Below are positions 21,778 through 32,825 of a DNA stretch of 64,000 bases, in pieces. The position numbers and the translations under genes were made by a program. Position 1 is the stretch's first letter. Every line of letters starts with the position of its first letter. Under the pieces are notes generated by a model. The model ran no database searches, had not been told where the DNA came from, and saw only the letters and a list, made by a program, of their open reading frames with translations. The DNA is from an uncultured Rivularia sp. (GTDB lineage: Bacteria; Cyanobacteriota; Cyanobacteriia; Cyanobacteriales; Nostocaceae). The stretch spans positions 3,776,001 through 3,840,000 of the forward strand of contig OY762007.1 in assembly GCA_963665115.1 (NCBI GenBank), read 5' to 3'.

Positions 21778-22816
21778 ATGCTGCTATTTATTAAAAGTTT
21801 TGGTCGTTGGGGTAAGGTAAAGTTAAACGAACTATGGAACAGCAATAGCGGTGATTGGCATTGGTTATCTGAAAAGCCGATGCCTATAGCGGGGATTAAC
21901 CGCAAGCTATGGAGGGGTGCGGTACCTTCTTTAACCTTCTATACTTTGCTGGCTTTGTCGGGGGTTATCTCAACTTTTGGATTATTAGCAAATAGTGCAG
22001 CCACTATAATTGGTGCGATGATTATTGCTCCTTTGATGGGGCCGATAATTGCGATCGCCTACAGTATTGTATCAGCAAATCAGCGGCTGTTAAAGCGTTC
22101 GAGCTTTACGCTGATTAAAGGTATATTGCTGACAGTTGTTATTTCTATCGTTATTACTAGGTTAGTTGGTATCAGAACTTTCGGCTCTGAAATCATGGGG
22201 ACGTACTAGCCCGACATTATTAGATTTAGGGGTAGCATTAGCAGCAGGTGCAGCTGGTGGTTTTGCTTTAACTAGACGCAGTATTGCCAATGCTTTGCCG
22301 GGAGTAGCCATTTCTGTTGCTTTAGTTCCACCTTTGAGCGTACTGGGAATTGGTATAGGTATGGGTTCAAACTCCGTCGCAATGGGTTCGGGACTTTTAT
22401 TTATGGCCAACTTAGCTGGTATTATCTTTAGTGGTGCGCTAGTATTTTTAGCTCACAATTACGGTTCTTTTGAAAAAGCCCGTCATGGTTTAGTAATATC
22501 AATTTTCTCCTTGATAATACTTGCTTTACCATTAGGCTTTTCTTTGGAAACGTTTTTAGTTAAGGAACATACTCGTCGTAGTGTTGAGTATTTACTTTTC
22601 CGTCAAACCGATGCGTTTTCACGTTCGGATATTAGAAGAATTGAAGTTGAACAAGAAGGTGAAAAGTTGATAGTTGATATGGAAATAGCCGCTCCATTAA
22701 ATTCGTTTACACAGCAACAGGTGCAGTTAGTTCAAAAAATCTTACAAGATGATTTGAAAAAGCCGCTAACTTTGAACGTAAAAGTTATTCCCACTCAGCA
22801 ATATACTGCTGATTAG
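21778..22816 (+). CDS. DUF389/TIGR00341 membrane protein, frameshifted at G4 22197-22200
   Basis: NSAATIIGAMIIAPLMGPI and RTSPTLLDL...LPGVAISVALVPPL; deleting one G joins the two ORFs. Confidence 0.82.
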
Positions 22817-22819
22817 ATC

Positions 22820-23521
22820 GTGCAACGAATCACTATTACCCCCAATCAAATTCAAGATAAGCAAATAACCCTCACTTCACAACAACAGCATTATTTGTAT
22901 CGAGTATTACGGCTGCAAAAAGGTGATAATTTTATTGCGATGGATGGAATGGGTAAATGGTGGTTATCTCAACTTGATAATACTAACGCACTAATATTAC
23001 AGCAATTAACAGTTGAAACCGAATTACCAATAGCAGTTACCTTGATAGTGGCGTTACCCAAAGGAAACGGATTTGATGATATAGTCCGTTGTTGTACTGA
23101 ATTAGGTGTTACCTGTATTGCTCCAGTAATTAGCGATCGCACTTTATTAAAACCCAGTTCCCAAAAGCTTGAACGTTGGGGAAGAATAGCCCGAGAAGCA
23201 GCGGAGCAATCGGAAAGAACTAAGGTACCCCAAATATTAGAACCAGTTGCTTTTAGTAAAAGCGTTGTATCATTTACTAACTTTGAAAAATATATCTGTG
23301 TTGCTCGTGGAGATTCCCCTCATTTACTCCACTGCTTGCAAAATCAAGACAATAGACAAGTTGTAATTGCTACGGGTGCGGAAGGTGGATGGACGGAAAA
23401 AGAAGTTGAAATTGCGCTACAAAATGGCTTCAAAACAGCTTCGTTAGGTCGTCGTATCCTCCGCGCAGTTACAGCACCAATTGTCGTCATGTCCCTAATT
23501 TCCGCAGTAAGTGAAGTATAA
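22820..23521 (+). CDS. rsmE: 16S rRNA m3U1498 methyltransferase
   Basis: HYLYRVLRL, TELGV, EAAEQSER, EGGW and LGRRILRAVTA. Confidence 0.93.
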   Translation: MQRITITPNQIQDKQITLTSQQQHYLYRVLRLQKGDNFIAMDGMGKWWLSQLDNTNALILQQLTVETELPIAVTLIVALPKGNGFDDIVRCCTELGVTCIAPVISDRTLLKPSSQKLERWGRIAREAAEQSERTKVPQILEPVAFSKSVVSFTNFEKYICVARGDSPHLLHCLQNQDNRQVVIATGAEGGWTEKEVEIALQNGFKTASLGRRILRAVTAPIVVMSLISAVSEV

Positions 23522-23637
23522 AGGAATTGGGAATGGGTAGTTGGTAATTGGTAATTGGTAATTGGGAAAATTTTAACCTTTAACCTCAATTCCTAATTTT
23601 TTTAATCTAAAATCTAAAATCTAAAATCTAAAATTCG

Positions 23638-24720
23638 ATGATGATGATTGACAAAGTTGCATCTGCATTTGAAAAAAAAGATTATCGTACAGCGGCAAAT
23701 TTATTAAAACAGTTATTAAAAGAGTCTCCCGATAATCATGAAGTACAGCTTTATGTAGGAAAACTGCATGAAGTGTCTGGGAAGCATGAAAAAGCCGAAA
23801 AAGTTTATCGTCAACTCTTGCGTGATAGTAATAATAACAAGATAATTACCCAGGCACGTCAAGGTTTGCAACGGTTAGAGCAAATAGAAGAGCAACAGCG
23901 AAAAGATGCGATTTCTCAAGCCAAATCAAACCCCGAAAATCAAGAAGCTGCCGTATTAATTTTGCAACCCATTGCATCGGAATTAAAGAAAGAAGCAGCG
24001 CAAAAATTGGCTCAAATCGTAGGAATAGACGCTTATACCGCCAGATTATCGTTACCCAGTCGGGGTTGGCGGTTGTATCGTAGCGGTGCTTTGGGAGAAT
24101 TAAAATTTTATGGAGAGCAGTTATCTAATTCCGGTATTCCCTGTTTTTGGACACCATTAACTAAAGTTAACCAAATAGAAATTTTTCACGTTCATTATTT
24201 AAAGGATTTTGCCACTAAGGCCACTGCTGTATGTGAAAATAAAGATAAGCAACTTGGTTCCTTAGTATTTGAATGGTCGGAAGTTACAGCGCAAGTTCAA
24301 GGATTGTTGCCAATTTTTGAAGAAGTTGTAGATTTGAACGCACGAGGTAAATTACAACGCAAAACCCAAACTCAAGATTACTTCCACTTTTGCGATTTAC
24401 ATATACCCAGTCGAAACTGTATTTTACGACTTTACGACAACGGTTATAAGTTCCACAAAGGAGTTGCACTATCTCCTCAAACTAGTCAAAACACTATTAG
24501 AATCAACTGGAATAATTTAGTAAATTTTCTCAAGACTAAATTACCACAAGTAAAAATTTGGTCTGATTTTACCTGCTTTGCCGAAACAATGCTCGATCAA
24601 ACCGAAGTCTTACATAAAATTGAATCACACATTCACATATTTCGTAGAGAAAAAACTAGTTGGGATAAAGCTTTTCAGCTATATAGCAGTTTGGTTTTTG
24701 TGAAAGACAGTAATGAGTAG
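23638..24720 (+). CDS. TPR-containing conserved cyanobacterial protein
   Basis: N-terminal TPR-like helices; full-length ORF. Confidence 0.75.
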   Translation: MMMIDKVASAFEKKDYRTAANLLKQLLKESPDNHEVQLYVGKLHEVSGKHEKAEKVYRQLLRDSNNNKIITQARQGLQRLEQIEEQQRKDAISQAKSNPENQEAAVLILQPIASELKKEAAQKLAQIVGIDAYTARLSLPSRGWRLYRSGALGELKFYGEQLSNSGIPCFWTPLTKVNQIEIFHVHYLKDFATKATAVCENKDKQLGSLVFEWSEVTAQVQGLLPIFEEVVDLNARGKLQRKTQTQDYFHFCDLHIPSRNCILRLYDNGYKFHKGVALSPQTSQNTIRINWNNLVNFLKTKLPQVKIWSDFTCFAETMLDQTEVLHKIESHIHIFRREKTSWDKAFQLYSSLVFVKDSNE

Positions 24721-24778
24721 TGGGTAAGATAGCAGATACAGTTTGATTGAAAATACGCTGTAAAAATAAAGATTTTTT

Positions 24779-24845
24779 GTAGGGTGTGTTACGGCTTCGA
24801 TACCTATTCGGGTTAAGAGAAATATAGCGCAAGTCGTAACGCACC
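24779..24845. repeat. GTAG-type REP-like palindrome
   Basis: GTAGGGTGTGTTACGGCT...AGTCGTAACGCACC; related copies at 24893, 25667 and 31755. Confidence 0.65.
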
Positions 24846-24970
24846 ATTTTCATATCGGGTTATATTGAGATAATAATAATTAATTAATCTCGGATGGTGG
24901 GTTAAACCTATAAAAATTATCATTTAAATTAATAAACAATCGTGCGTTTAAAACACCTTATAATCTAAGT

Positions 24971-25303
24971 TTATTTCATTGGATCGTGTCCCCAATTCAT
25001 TAAAGAAAAACGCCAAGGAGTATCTTCAATATCACCATCTGGCTTTTGTGCGGAATGACGATGAACGTAACTAACAACTTTCCTCATGTGAGATACATCA
25101 TCATCTGTATAATCATCTTTTTTCTTTTGCAAAATATCGATGATGCGCTTACCAGATTTATGTCCTTTTGATTCATCATCGCCGTCATCTTTTTGTCCAA
25201 CCGATTTAGAATCCTCAGTTTTCAACCAAGATTCCAATTGTTTAGCCGTCATATTAACAGCATCATCAAACTCTTTAATTACTGTTTCTTTATCCTTACT
25301 CAT
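24971..25303 (-). CDS. DUF3140 domain protein
   Basis: VNMTAKQLESWL...HMRKVVSYVHRH...WRFSLMNWGHDP. Confidence 0.88.
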   Translation of the reverse strand: MSKDKETVIKEFDDAVNMTAKQLESWLKTEDSKSVGQKDDGDDESKGHKSGKRIIDILQKKKDDYTDDDVSHMRKVVSYVHRHSAQKPDGDIEDTPWRFSLMNWGHDPMK

Positions 25304-25323
25304 TATTCATTAATTTATATCTA

Positions 25324-25539
25324 TTAATCGTCAACTTTATCTAAAGACTCAGGCTTGTGAGCAGCTTCCTTCCCACTTTTTTCGCTTTCAACTAAATATT
25401 CAGGATTATCTTTTGAAGCTGCAACATGATGTCCTTTAATATCTGTTTCAGAAGTCAACTTCTTTTTTACTTCACCAGTTGTTTTACCTTGGGCGGTATT
25501 CCATTCGACTTTATCGCCTTTTTTTAATTCTTCGCTCAT
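25324..25539 (-). CDS. DUF2945 / HVA1 Tudor-like protein
   Basis: GDKVEWN...ASKDNPEYLVESEKSGKEAAHKPESL. Confidence 0.85.
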   Translation of the reverse strand: MSEELKKGDKVEWNTAQGKTTGEVKKKLTSETDIKGHHVAASKDNPEYLVESEKSGKEAAHKPESLDKVDD

Positions 25540-25752
25540 CTGATTTCTATGATTTATATTGCAATTTTCTTACATACATATTTTAAGTACGGTAGCAAAA
25601 AAATCATCATCCTACAGACATCATTCTGTAGATAGATGAAAAAAATGCAATCAACCACTCATCTGAGATGGTGCGTTAAAGGGATAAATAATCGTGCGTT
25701 TAACACACCTTACTAATCATACAAAAATATTACGTTATTCTAATAGATAAAA

Positions 25753-25778
25753 AGACGTAGCACTGCTACGTCTCTACA
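25753..25778. repeat. REP-like palindrome, identical to the copy at 33020-33045
   Basis: AGACGTAGCACTGCTACGTCTCTACA. Confidence 0.8.
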
Positions 25779-25858
25779 AATTACGTTAACCTATTTATAA
25801 TTTATTAGTTATCACTTAAAAAATAATTGATAACTGTTAACTGCTAACTGCTCGCGGT

Positions 25859-27463
25859 TCAAAATACTTCCAAAGGCAAATGATGCAATCCTTTCATATT
25901 TGCCAAAATACTCGCAGCTTTTTCAATCAAATCGACATTGCCATTTAAAACATCATTGTGAGTCATATTGTGAATATAATCGGGAATTACTCCAGAATCT
26001 TCCAACGGTAAACCACTTTTATTTCCTACACGAATTGAACGTTTAACAGCCATTCTTATTTGGGCATTTCTAGGTAAAGGAGAAAAACCTAAAGGATGGA
26101 ATAGATCGTAATATTCCCAAACATTTGCACCACCAGCACCAGTACTTTCACTAGTCCCAAGAATTGGTCCTATATTATTATCTTGGAATCCTGCTGCAAA
26201 AATATCTGTAGTGCCATAACACAAAGCATCGGTTATCAAAATAGTGGGGCCTAAATACTTTCTTCCGTATTGATTAATCTCATCAATATAATAAGAATGT
26301 CCACCAATCGGATGTCCCGAAGAATAAACAGTACCAGTATCGATAGAACCCTCAATCGAACTTTTCCAAGGCTCCTGAGCTAATTTTAGAGTTGTCGGAG
26401 TATTAATAAACTGAAATAATTCTGGTTGAATTCTATCAGCACTAAATAGCTGAAGCATCATTTCGCCAGCTTCAATATATCCACCACTATTACCGCGAAC
26501 ATCAAATATTAAACCATCTCTAGGTAGCTGTTCTAAAACACGAATCAAATCTTGAATAAATTTTTGTCTATCGTAAATCATAAAGCTGTGAATTCGGATA
26601 TAGCCAAATTCACCATGAGAAGTATTACAAATACTCCATTGAAAATCAGTTTCATAAAATGTTTGATTATCCTGTTTAGAATTTGAAGCAAACAAACCCT
26701 TCTTAATTTTTTGTAGTTTTGCAGCTTCAAAATCAATACCTAAAGAACCATAAGCCTTTAAATTAGAAACAGTTTGATTATTTGTTTGAGCTTGAGTTTC
26801 CGGTAAATTCCAGGTTTGCCATTGAAAACGATGTTCGTAATGTTCTTGGTTTTTCGTAATATAAGAAATATACAGCCATTCTTCATCAGGAATCAAATAT
26901 TTACTTCCCGATCGCAACGTTAGAGAATTTAAACCATGAATCCTCCGGGTGTTTTCATTACTTACATAAGTTCGTAACCCATTTAACTCAATAGCACGTT
27001 CAATTGGTACACCATTCCAATGAGTTACTATGACTCCTTTTTCCAAACTTTCGTGTTCAAAATCTTCATTTACATGAGAAACAATGTAATACCTTTGATC
27101 GTTTTCATAAAACTCCTCAATCGTAAAAGGTAAAATAAAATTGATCGATTGATAAGGCATCGGAGGCACATAAACTGTATGCAAGTCTCTCAACTCTGTA
27201 AATATGCCAATCATTTCCTGCTGAAAATCAAGTTCGTTCATCTTTACCAAACGATACTTCAGCAGCTTCAAACGCTGTACTGGATCTATCGCATTTCTAG
27301 CTCGTTTCAAAGGTAAATGAACGTATATATTCTCAATAAAACTCAAAGCTTGGTTAACAATCTCTTCCCTTTCTTCTCTAATCGATTGCTCAATAATGTG
27401 TTTCTTCTGATCTTCCGTCAATCCCATCGAAGCGACTACATTATCCAATTTATAGTCAGCCAT
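25859..27463 (-). CDS. S41-family peptidase-like protein
   Basis: GYIRIHSF, FDVRGNSGG, TGAGGANV and GVIPD motifs with a PDZ-like region; no signal peptide. Confidence 0.82.
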   Translation of the reverse strand: MADYKLDNVVASMGLTEDQKKHIIEQSIREEREEIVNQALSFIENIYVHLPLKRARNAIDPVQRLKLLKYRLVKMNELDFQQEMIGIFTELRDLHTVYVPPMPYQSINFILPFTIEEFYENDQRYYIVSHVNEDFEHESLEKGVIVTHWNGVPIERAIELNGLRTYVSNENTRRIHGLNSLTLRSGSKYLIPDEEWLYISYITKNQEHYEHRFQWQTWNLPETQAQTNNQTVSNLKAYGSLGIDFEAAKLQKIKKGLFASNSKQDNQTFYETDFQWSICNTSHGEFGYIRIHSFMIYDRQKFIQDLIRVLEQLPRDGLIFDVRGNSGGYIEAGEMMLQLFSADRIQPELFQFINTPTTLKLAQEPWKSSIEGSIDTGTVYSSGHPIGGHSYYIDEINQYGRKYLGPTILITDALCYGTTDIFAAGFQDNNIGPILGTSESTGAGGANVWEYYDLFHPLGFSPLPRNAQIRMAVKRSIRVGNKSGLPLEDSGVIPDYIHNMTHNDVLNGNVDLIEKAASILANMKGLHHLPLEVF

Positions 27464-27681
27464 AGTAATTAAACTCCTTACAACCTATGTCAGAAAGAAT
27501 ACCGCTATTGTTACACAAACTGTTTTTTTAATGTAAAAATTTAAACATATTTACGATTGCGTTTAGGCTGTTAGTGTTGCAATACGCAATCCTTTAATTT
27601 CTCTGTGGGTAGAATTTTTGTACGAAATAGCAAATCGTGAAGATTGAATCAATGTGCTAAAACTTATCGGTACCCACTAGG

Positions 27682-27771
27682 GACTTACGCAAAGCCCCTT
27701 TTTAGGGGGGTTGGGGGATCTAAGGATCTGAATCCAGGGATACTAGTTTTCTCGTTCCGGTTGCGTAAATC
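27682..27771. mobile_element. Small MITE-like element
   Basis: TIRs GACTTACGCAA / TTGCGTAAATC enclosing the CCCCTTTTTAGGGGGGTTGGGGGATC repeat. Confidence 0.6.
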
Positions 27772-27843
27772 ATAATGATTCAAATAGAACATAAATACTA
27801 TATAATATTGTTATTCTCAAAAGAATAATTCGATCGTAATTAT

Positions 27844-30800
27844 ATGTATTCCGAATTGCTTCAACCCGGTGATTTGCAACCTTTTATTGATCGTTCAGAA
27901 AGTTTAATAAATCAAACTTTAGAATTTCAACTTGCTATAGCAAACTATTTACAAACCCCGCGTCAACTTTTGGAGATATTAGCGAATCAAAGCCCTTATC
28001 CACAAGTTGTAGAAGCTGCAAAATTACACGTTAACTTAGCGGGAGAAATAGGAGAAAACTGGCGAGAAGTTGTAGAAGTAGCAATCAAAAATGCACCGTT
28101 AGAACAAAACGATAGATTAGTTGCAGAGCTATTGAAAATTGCACCAGTACCAGAATGTTTGATAAGCGAATGGATACCGGGACATCGATTAATAGAGGGT
28201 TTAGAAAATCCTTATTTAGCCAAAGAAGACAAAGTTAGATTACTGGAAAGATTGGGTAAATCGACAATAATTGAAGAACGATTGAAAGCAGCAGCACATC
28301 CAGATACACCCAGAGAAACATTAGAAATATTAGCGGGTGATTTAGAATTACCGATTCGGATAGCTGTGAAGTATCGGGATGATTGTTTTGATCATGCGAT
28401 CGCAATTATTGAAAGTCAGCATGAAATAGCATCCGACTGGGAAACCCTAGCGCTAGAGTTAATGGAATTAGCTGGGAGTAAGTGGAGTTGGATACGACAA
28501 GCGGTTGCGAGGAATTTTAATGCTCCCGTAGAGGTGTTGAGGGAGTTAGCAGGGGATGAAGAGGAGAAAGTTCAGTTTGCTGTTGCTTTTAATCTTGCTA
28601 CACCCGGAGATGTGCTTGATTTATTGGTAAATCATTATTACGGAGAAATAACAGAAACTATTGCTAAGCATCCTAATGCTTCGGAGGATGCTTTAATTAA
28701 ATTGCTTCCTCAATACAACTTTTGCATTTATCAAAGACCAAATCTACCTGCTGGAGTTTTAGCAGAGTTAATAAACTACGAGGAGGAAAAATGTGATAGA
28801 TATAGAGAGTTCATTATTGAGAATTCTAACTCTCCCGGTTCGACTTTAGCTAAAATTCTTGATTCACCTGGATACGATATACGCGATATTGCTGGCGAAA
28901 AACGTAAAATTGCTAATCATCCGAATATATTAGTTAGTACATTAGAACAACTTGCTCAAGATTCTTCTCCTTCAGTACGACTTGCTGTTTATCAGAATCC
29001 GAAAACACCGGAAAATCTTAGAAATCAGCTTTTAGAAGAGTTTTTTAACTTTGACAAGAATCAATTTTTAGCTAAAGAATGGAATAATAAAGTTACATCT
29101 GAAAGTATTTGGAAAGGTATAGCTGAATCGGAAAATACTTCTGCTTCGGTTTTAGAAAAATTGGCTGATTTAGTAGATTTGGATTGGGAAAATAATCTTG
29201 GGGAAAATATTGCAATAGCGATCGCTTTGATAGGTAATCCCAATACACCAGTATCAATTCGAGAAAAACTGACAGAGGAACTTAAATCAATCTCGAATCC
29301 AGAAGAAAATATTCTTAATTGGAAAATATATTTAGCTTTAGCTCTTAATTCAGCAATTCCAGAAGAACAAAGAGAAGAGTATTTTCAGTTAATTATTGAT
29401 AGTGGTGATTATAGAGGGATTGAACATTTAGCTTATAATTCCAAAACACCACCTCATATTTTGGAAGATTTAGCAAAAGATATATGTATAACATATGCAG
29501 TAGCTCAAAATCCGAGTACTCCTGTAGATATTTTATGTGAATTAAGCAAGCATGAGCGGGAATCGATTCGTCAGGATGTTGCTAAAAATTCTTCAACCCC
29601 TCCCGAGATAATTTTAGAACTAACTTTTACAGAAGAAGGTATTGAAGCACCAAGAACTTATAATCATAGAACTCATAATTCAGAAGATTGGGGTCTATTT
29701 TGGTTTAAATATCCCAATATGCCGATTATAGAATTGTATCGCATCCAATTAAAGAAAGAATTTGAATTTGAGTTTAGTCAAACAGAAGAATACATACTAC
29801 ATAAAATCAATCAAGTTACTCAATTTATAACTTATATAGCTAAACATGGTCATGTAAAACATCGAAGACAACTTGCTTTAAGAACAAATACACCTATCCA
29901 TATTCTAGAACAGTTAGTTGAAGACGATGATGTTGAAGTTCGTCTAAAAATAGATTTAAGTAGATTTAAGAATAACCTTCCTATTTTACTAAAACTTAGT
30001 AGACATTCAGATGTGCGGATAAGAAGAAAGTTAATTAGCTCTGATGAAGAAACACCTGCTGAAATTTTAGAAATACTCAAGCATGATGAAGCGGAAGAAA
30101 TTAAGTTATCACTAGCCAGAAATGAGAAAAATCCAGTTGATATTTTATATCAACTTGCAAAAGATTCAAGTGATAAAGTTAAACAAGCAATAGCCGAAAA
30201 TCCAATTACTCCAATAGATATTTTAATTTACCTTTCAAATAACTCTAGCAGTGAAGTTAAACAAAAAATAGCCGAAAATTCTAAAACCCCAGTAGATATT
30301 TTAGAAAAATTATGGAGAGAAGATAAAATATTTTCTCTTAAAAATTACAACACACCCAGCCATATTGTTGGAGAAAAAATAGCTGAAACTTATGATAGTG
30401 AGGTTTTGAGACAAATTTTAGACGGTCATTTTGGAACTTATCACAATGTACCTGCTAGTAGTTTAGAAAAATTAGCATCACATAGAAAGAACTTAATTCG
30501 TTGTGATGTAGCTGAACATCCCAATACACCAGTTAGCGCTTTAGAAAAGTTAGTAAATGAAGAATATTGTGTAACTCATTGGAGATTAGCATTAAACCCT
30601 AACACACCTCCTCGCTTACTAAAACTTCTTTTTAAAAAGTGGCAATATTGTAATGGAAAGTATGATTCAGAACTTTGTCGTCATCTTGCTTGGAATAAAA
30701 ATTCACCAGCTAGTATTCTGAAACACTTAGCAAATAGTTCATATTCAGAAATTCGTGTAAATGTTGCAGTAAATCCGAAAACACCTTTATCAATTTTGAA

Positions 30801-31758
30801 AAGATTTGCGATGGAAGAAACTCATGAATCTATTTTGAAATACTTAACCGATAATCCCAATCTTAATCACGAAATAGTAGATTTATTGGCAAAAAATCCA
30901 AATACCAAAGCTCGTCTATACGCTATAGAATCTTCTCACCTTTCATTTAAAACATTAATTCAATTAGCAAGAGATGAATCAGCAGAAGTTCGTGAAAAAA
31001 TAGCAATATTTTCAAATATTAACGTAAAGATATATCGTCCTTCGCCTAAATTCGATGATTATCACGATATAGTAATTAGAATAATCAAACATCCAAATCT
31101 TCCCCTTGAAGTTTGGCTAGAATTAGCTACAGATTCTGAAACTAAAGTACGTCTTGCTGTCGCTTCTAATATCACTATTTCAGCTACAATTATCGAATTA
31201 CTCGCTTCAGATGAATCACCAAAAGTTCGAGAAAAATTAATATCCCGCAATCAAAATATTTGTATCAACATTCTCGAAAGATTATCTCGTGATATTTCTC
31301 CTAACGTTCGTCAAGCTGTCGCAAAACATCCAAATACATCAATATATTTATTAGATCAACTAGCAATAGATAATAATAAAGAAATATCCCAAGCAATTAT
31401 CAAAAATCCCAAAACACCGCTTAATCTAAAATGCACTTTGCAAGAAAGACTTCGAGTAAACGAAAATCCGACTTTAAAAGGAATCACACGTTTATATAAA
31501 CCTGACAATGATTTACCAACCTTGTTATCAGAATATATTCAATCATCAGTACCTTTTGTCAGATTCATCTCTTTAATGCATCCTTTAATTCCAGATAAAT
31601 TTCTTGAGCAATATTCCCAATCTTTATTATGGTGGGAACGATATGCTATTGCTATTAATTTTTCTACACCTTTAGAAATTCTGGAAAAATTAACAGAAGA
31701 TTGCAATTATCTTGTTAAAGCTGCTGCTGAAGATGTTTATAAGAATAATTTTTTGTAG
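27844..31758 (+). CDS. Large leucine-rich-repeat-variant (LRV)/HEAT-repeat protein
   Basis: Many A-x-[NH]-P-x-T-P-x3-L-x2-L-A-x-D repeats over 1304 aa. Confidence 0.85.
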   Translation: MYSELLQPGDLQPFIDRSESLINQTLEFQLAIANYLQTPRQLLEILANQSPYPQVVEAAKLHVNLAGEIGENWREVVEVAIKNAPLEQNDRLVAELLKIAPVPECLISEWIPGHRLIEGLENPYLAKEDKVRLLERLGKSTIIEERLKAAAHPDTPRETLEILAGDLELPIRIAVKYRDDCFDHAIAIIESQHEIASDWETLALELMELAGSKWSWIRQAVARNFNAPVEVLRELAGDEEEKVQFAVAFNLATPGDVLDLLVNHYYGEITETIAKHPNASEDALIKLLPQYNFCIYQRPNLPAGVLAELINYEEEKCDRYREFIIENSNSPGSTLAKILDSPGYDIRDIAGEKRKIANHPNILVSTLEQLAQDSSPSVRLAVYQNPKTPENLRNQLLEEFFNFDKNQFLAKEWNNKVTSESIWKGIAESENTSASVLEKLADLVDLDWENNLGENIAIAIALIGNPNTPVSIREKLTEELKSISNPEENILNWKIYLALALNSAIPEEQREEYFQLIIDSGDYRGIEHLAYNSKTPPHILEDLAKDICITYAVAQNPSTPVDILCELSKHERESIRQDVAKNSSTPPEIILELTFTEEGIEAPRTYNHRTHNSEDWGLFWFKYPNMPIIELYRIQLKKEFEFEFSQTEEYILHKINQVTQFITYIAKHGHVKHRRQLALRTNTPIHILEQLVEDDDVEVRLKIDLSRFKNNLPILLKLSRHSDVRIRRKLISSDEETPAEILEILKHDEAEEIKLSLARNEKNPVDILYQLAKDSSDKVKQAIAENPITPIDILIYLSNNSSSEVKQKIAENSKTPVDILEKLWREDKIFSLKNYNTPSHIVGEKIAETYDSEVLRQILDGHFGTYHNVPASSLEKLASHRKNLIRCDVAEHPNTPVSALEKLVNEEYCVTHWRLALNPNTPPRLLKLLFKKWQYCNGKYDSELCRHLAWNKNSPASILKHLANSSYSEIRVNVAVNPKTPLSILKRFAMEETHESILKYLTDNPNLNHEIVDLLAKNPNTKARLYAIESSHLSFKTLIQLARDESAEVREKIAIFSNINVKIYRPSPKFDDYHDIVIRIIKHPNLPLEVWLELATDSETKVRLAVASNITISATIIELLASDESPKVREKLISRNQNICINILERLSRDISPNVRQAVAKHPNTSIYLLDQLAIDNNKEISQAIIKNPKTPLNLKCTLQERLRVNENPTLKGITRLYKPDNDLPTLLSEYIQSSVPFVRFISLMHPLIPDKFLEQYSQSLLWWERYAIAINFSTPLEILEKLTEDCNYLVKAAAEDVYKNNFL

Positions 31759-31856
31759 AGTGTGTGACGCTCTCAAAAAACTTTAACAATTCACGAAATA
31801 ATGATATTCATAGCGTCACGCACCATTAAGCTGATAATATTCCAATTACTAATAAC

Positions 31857-32819
31857 ATGAAACTCGAAACCGAACAACTTTTAGGAACTTTAGAAGTATT
31901 AAACGAGCATTTATATAAAACCTTCTTTTGGGATGCTTCAACTCAAGGTGAATTTAACGTTTGGAATTTAATTAAATTTGAAAAACTAGTAGAACCTGTG
32001 ACTCCTGAAGCAGCTATTGAAAAATGGATTCAAGAAGAACAAGTACATCACTTATTATCACCTCACGAATATCCAGGGGAAGAGCCAAAACCGGATAAAT
32101 TTTTAGATGGTACAACTAAATTATCAAGAGAAAAGAAATATCAATTCCTGTTAAACCTACTCAAATCAAATTTAGAACATATCGAAGCATTTAAATTTCA
32201 GTTTCCTGGATACGACGAAGATTTTTGGTGGTTAGATGAAACTTATGAAGGTATATATCCTCATAAAGACTTTATTTGTGGTTTAATTGGTAAAACTTTT
32301 GATGACAGTTGGATTTCAATTTCACCAACAATACCAACTAGACATACTTTACCCGAAGAGATAGCAGCTTCCGACTACCAAATTCCTATAAATCAAAGTC
32401 AGGGAGAAAATAGTTTTAATTTACAATCTCAAGTAAAACAAATTTTAGCAGAACTAACTCCTTTGAAATTAGCCGTTTGCTATCCTGCTGGATACAGCTA
32501 TAGCTATATTTATCAACTTTGTTGTGCTGTATCTACGACAAAGGAATCAGCAATTACTCAATCTTTACTTAAATCGGGATTATTCAAAATTAATAAATTT
32601 CAAGATTTTTTATCGGAAACTGATGGCTCTCATTACTATGAAAGCTTACGTCGCAAAAGAGAACAAATTCTTTCTCGATTTTTTAAAGCTACATTTCCTG
32701 AAACCAAAATCTATCATTTAGCTTTATACGATATTGATTACACTTATATTCTTGGAGAAACACCTCATCAAGATTATGTAGGTATCAAAATATCTAGAGA
32801 TTATCATTACAATCCTTAG
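31857..32819 (+). CDS. Protein with two NuiA (nuclease A inhibitor)-like segments
   Basis: KYQFLLNLLKSNL...IGKTFDDSWISI and YILGETPHQDYVGI resemble NuiA KFQKLLEVIKSNL...YVIGETPAGNLAGI. Confidence 0.55.
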   Translation: MKLETEQLLGTLEVLNEHLYKTFFWDASTQGEFNVWNLIKFEKLVEPVTPEAAIEKWIQEEQVHHLLSPHEYPGEEPKPDKFLDGTTKLSREKKYQFLLNLLKSNLEHIEAFKFQFPGYDEDFWWLDETYEGIYPHKDFICGLIGKTFDDSWISISPTIPTRHTLPEEIAASDYQIPINQSQGENSFNLQSQVKQILAELTPLKLAVCYPAGYSYSYIYQLCCAVSTTKESAITQSLLKSGLFKINKFQDFLSETDGSHYYESLRRKREQILSRFFKATFPETKIYHLALYDIDYTYILGETPHQDYVGIKISRDYHYNP

Positions 32820-32825
32820 ATATTT

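Noticed and set aside
23370..23392. RsmE GAEGG instead of GPEGG
   Set aside because: Single conservative substitution; the rest of the protein is intact
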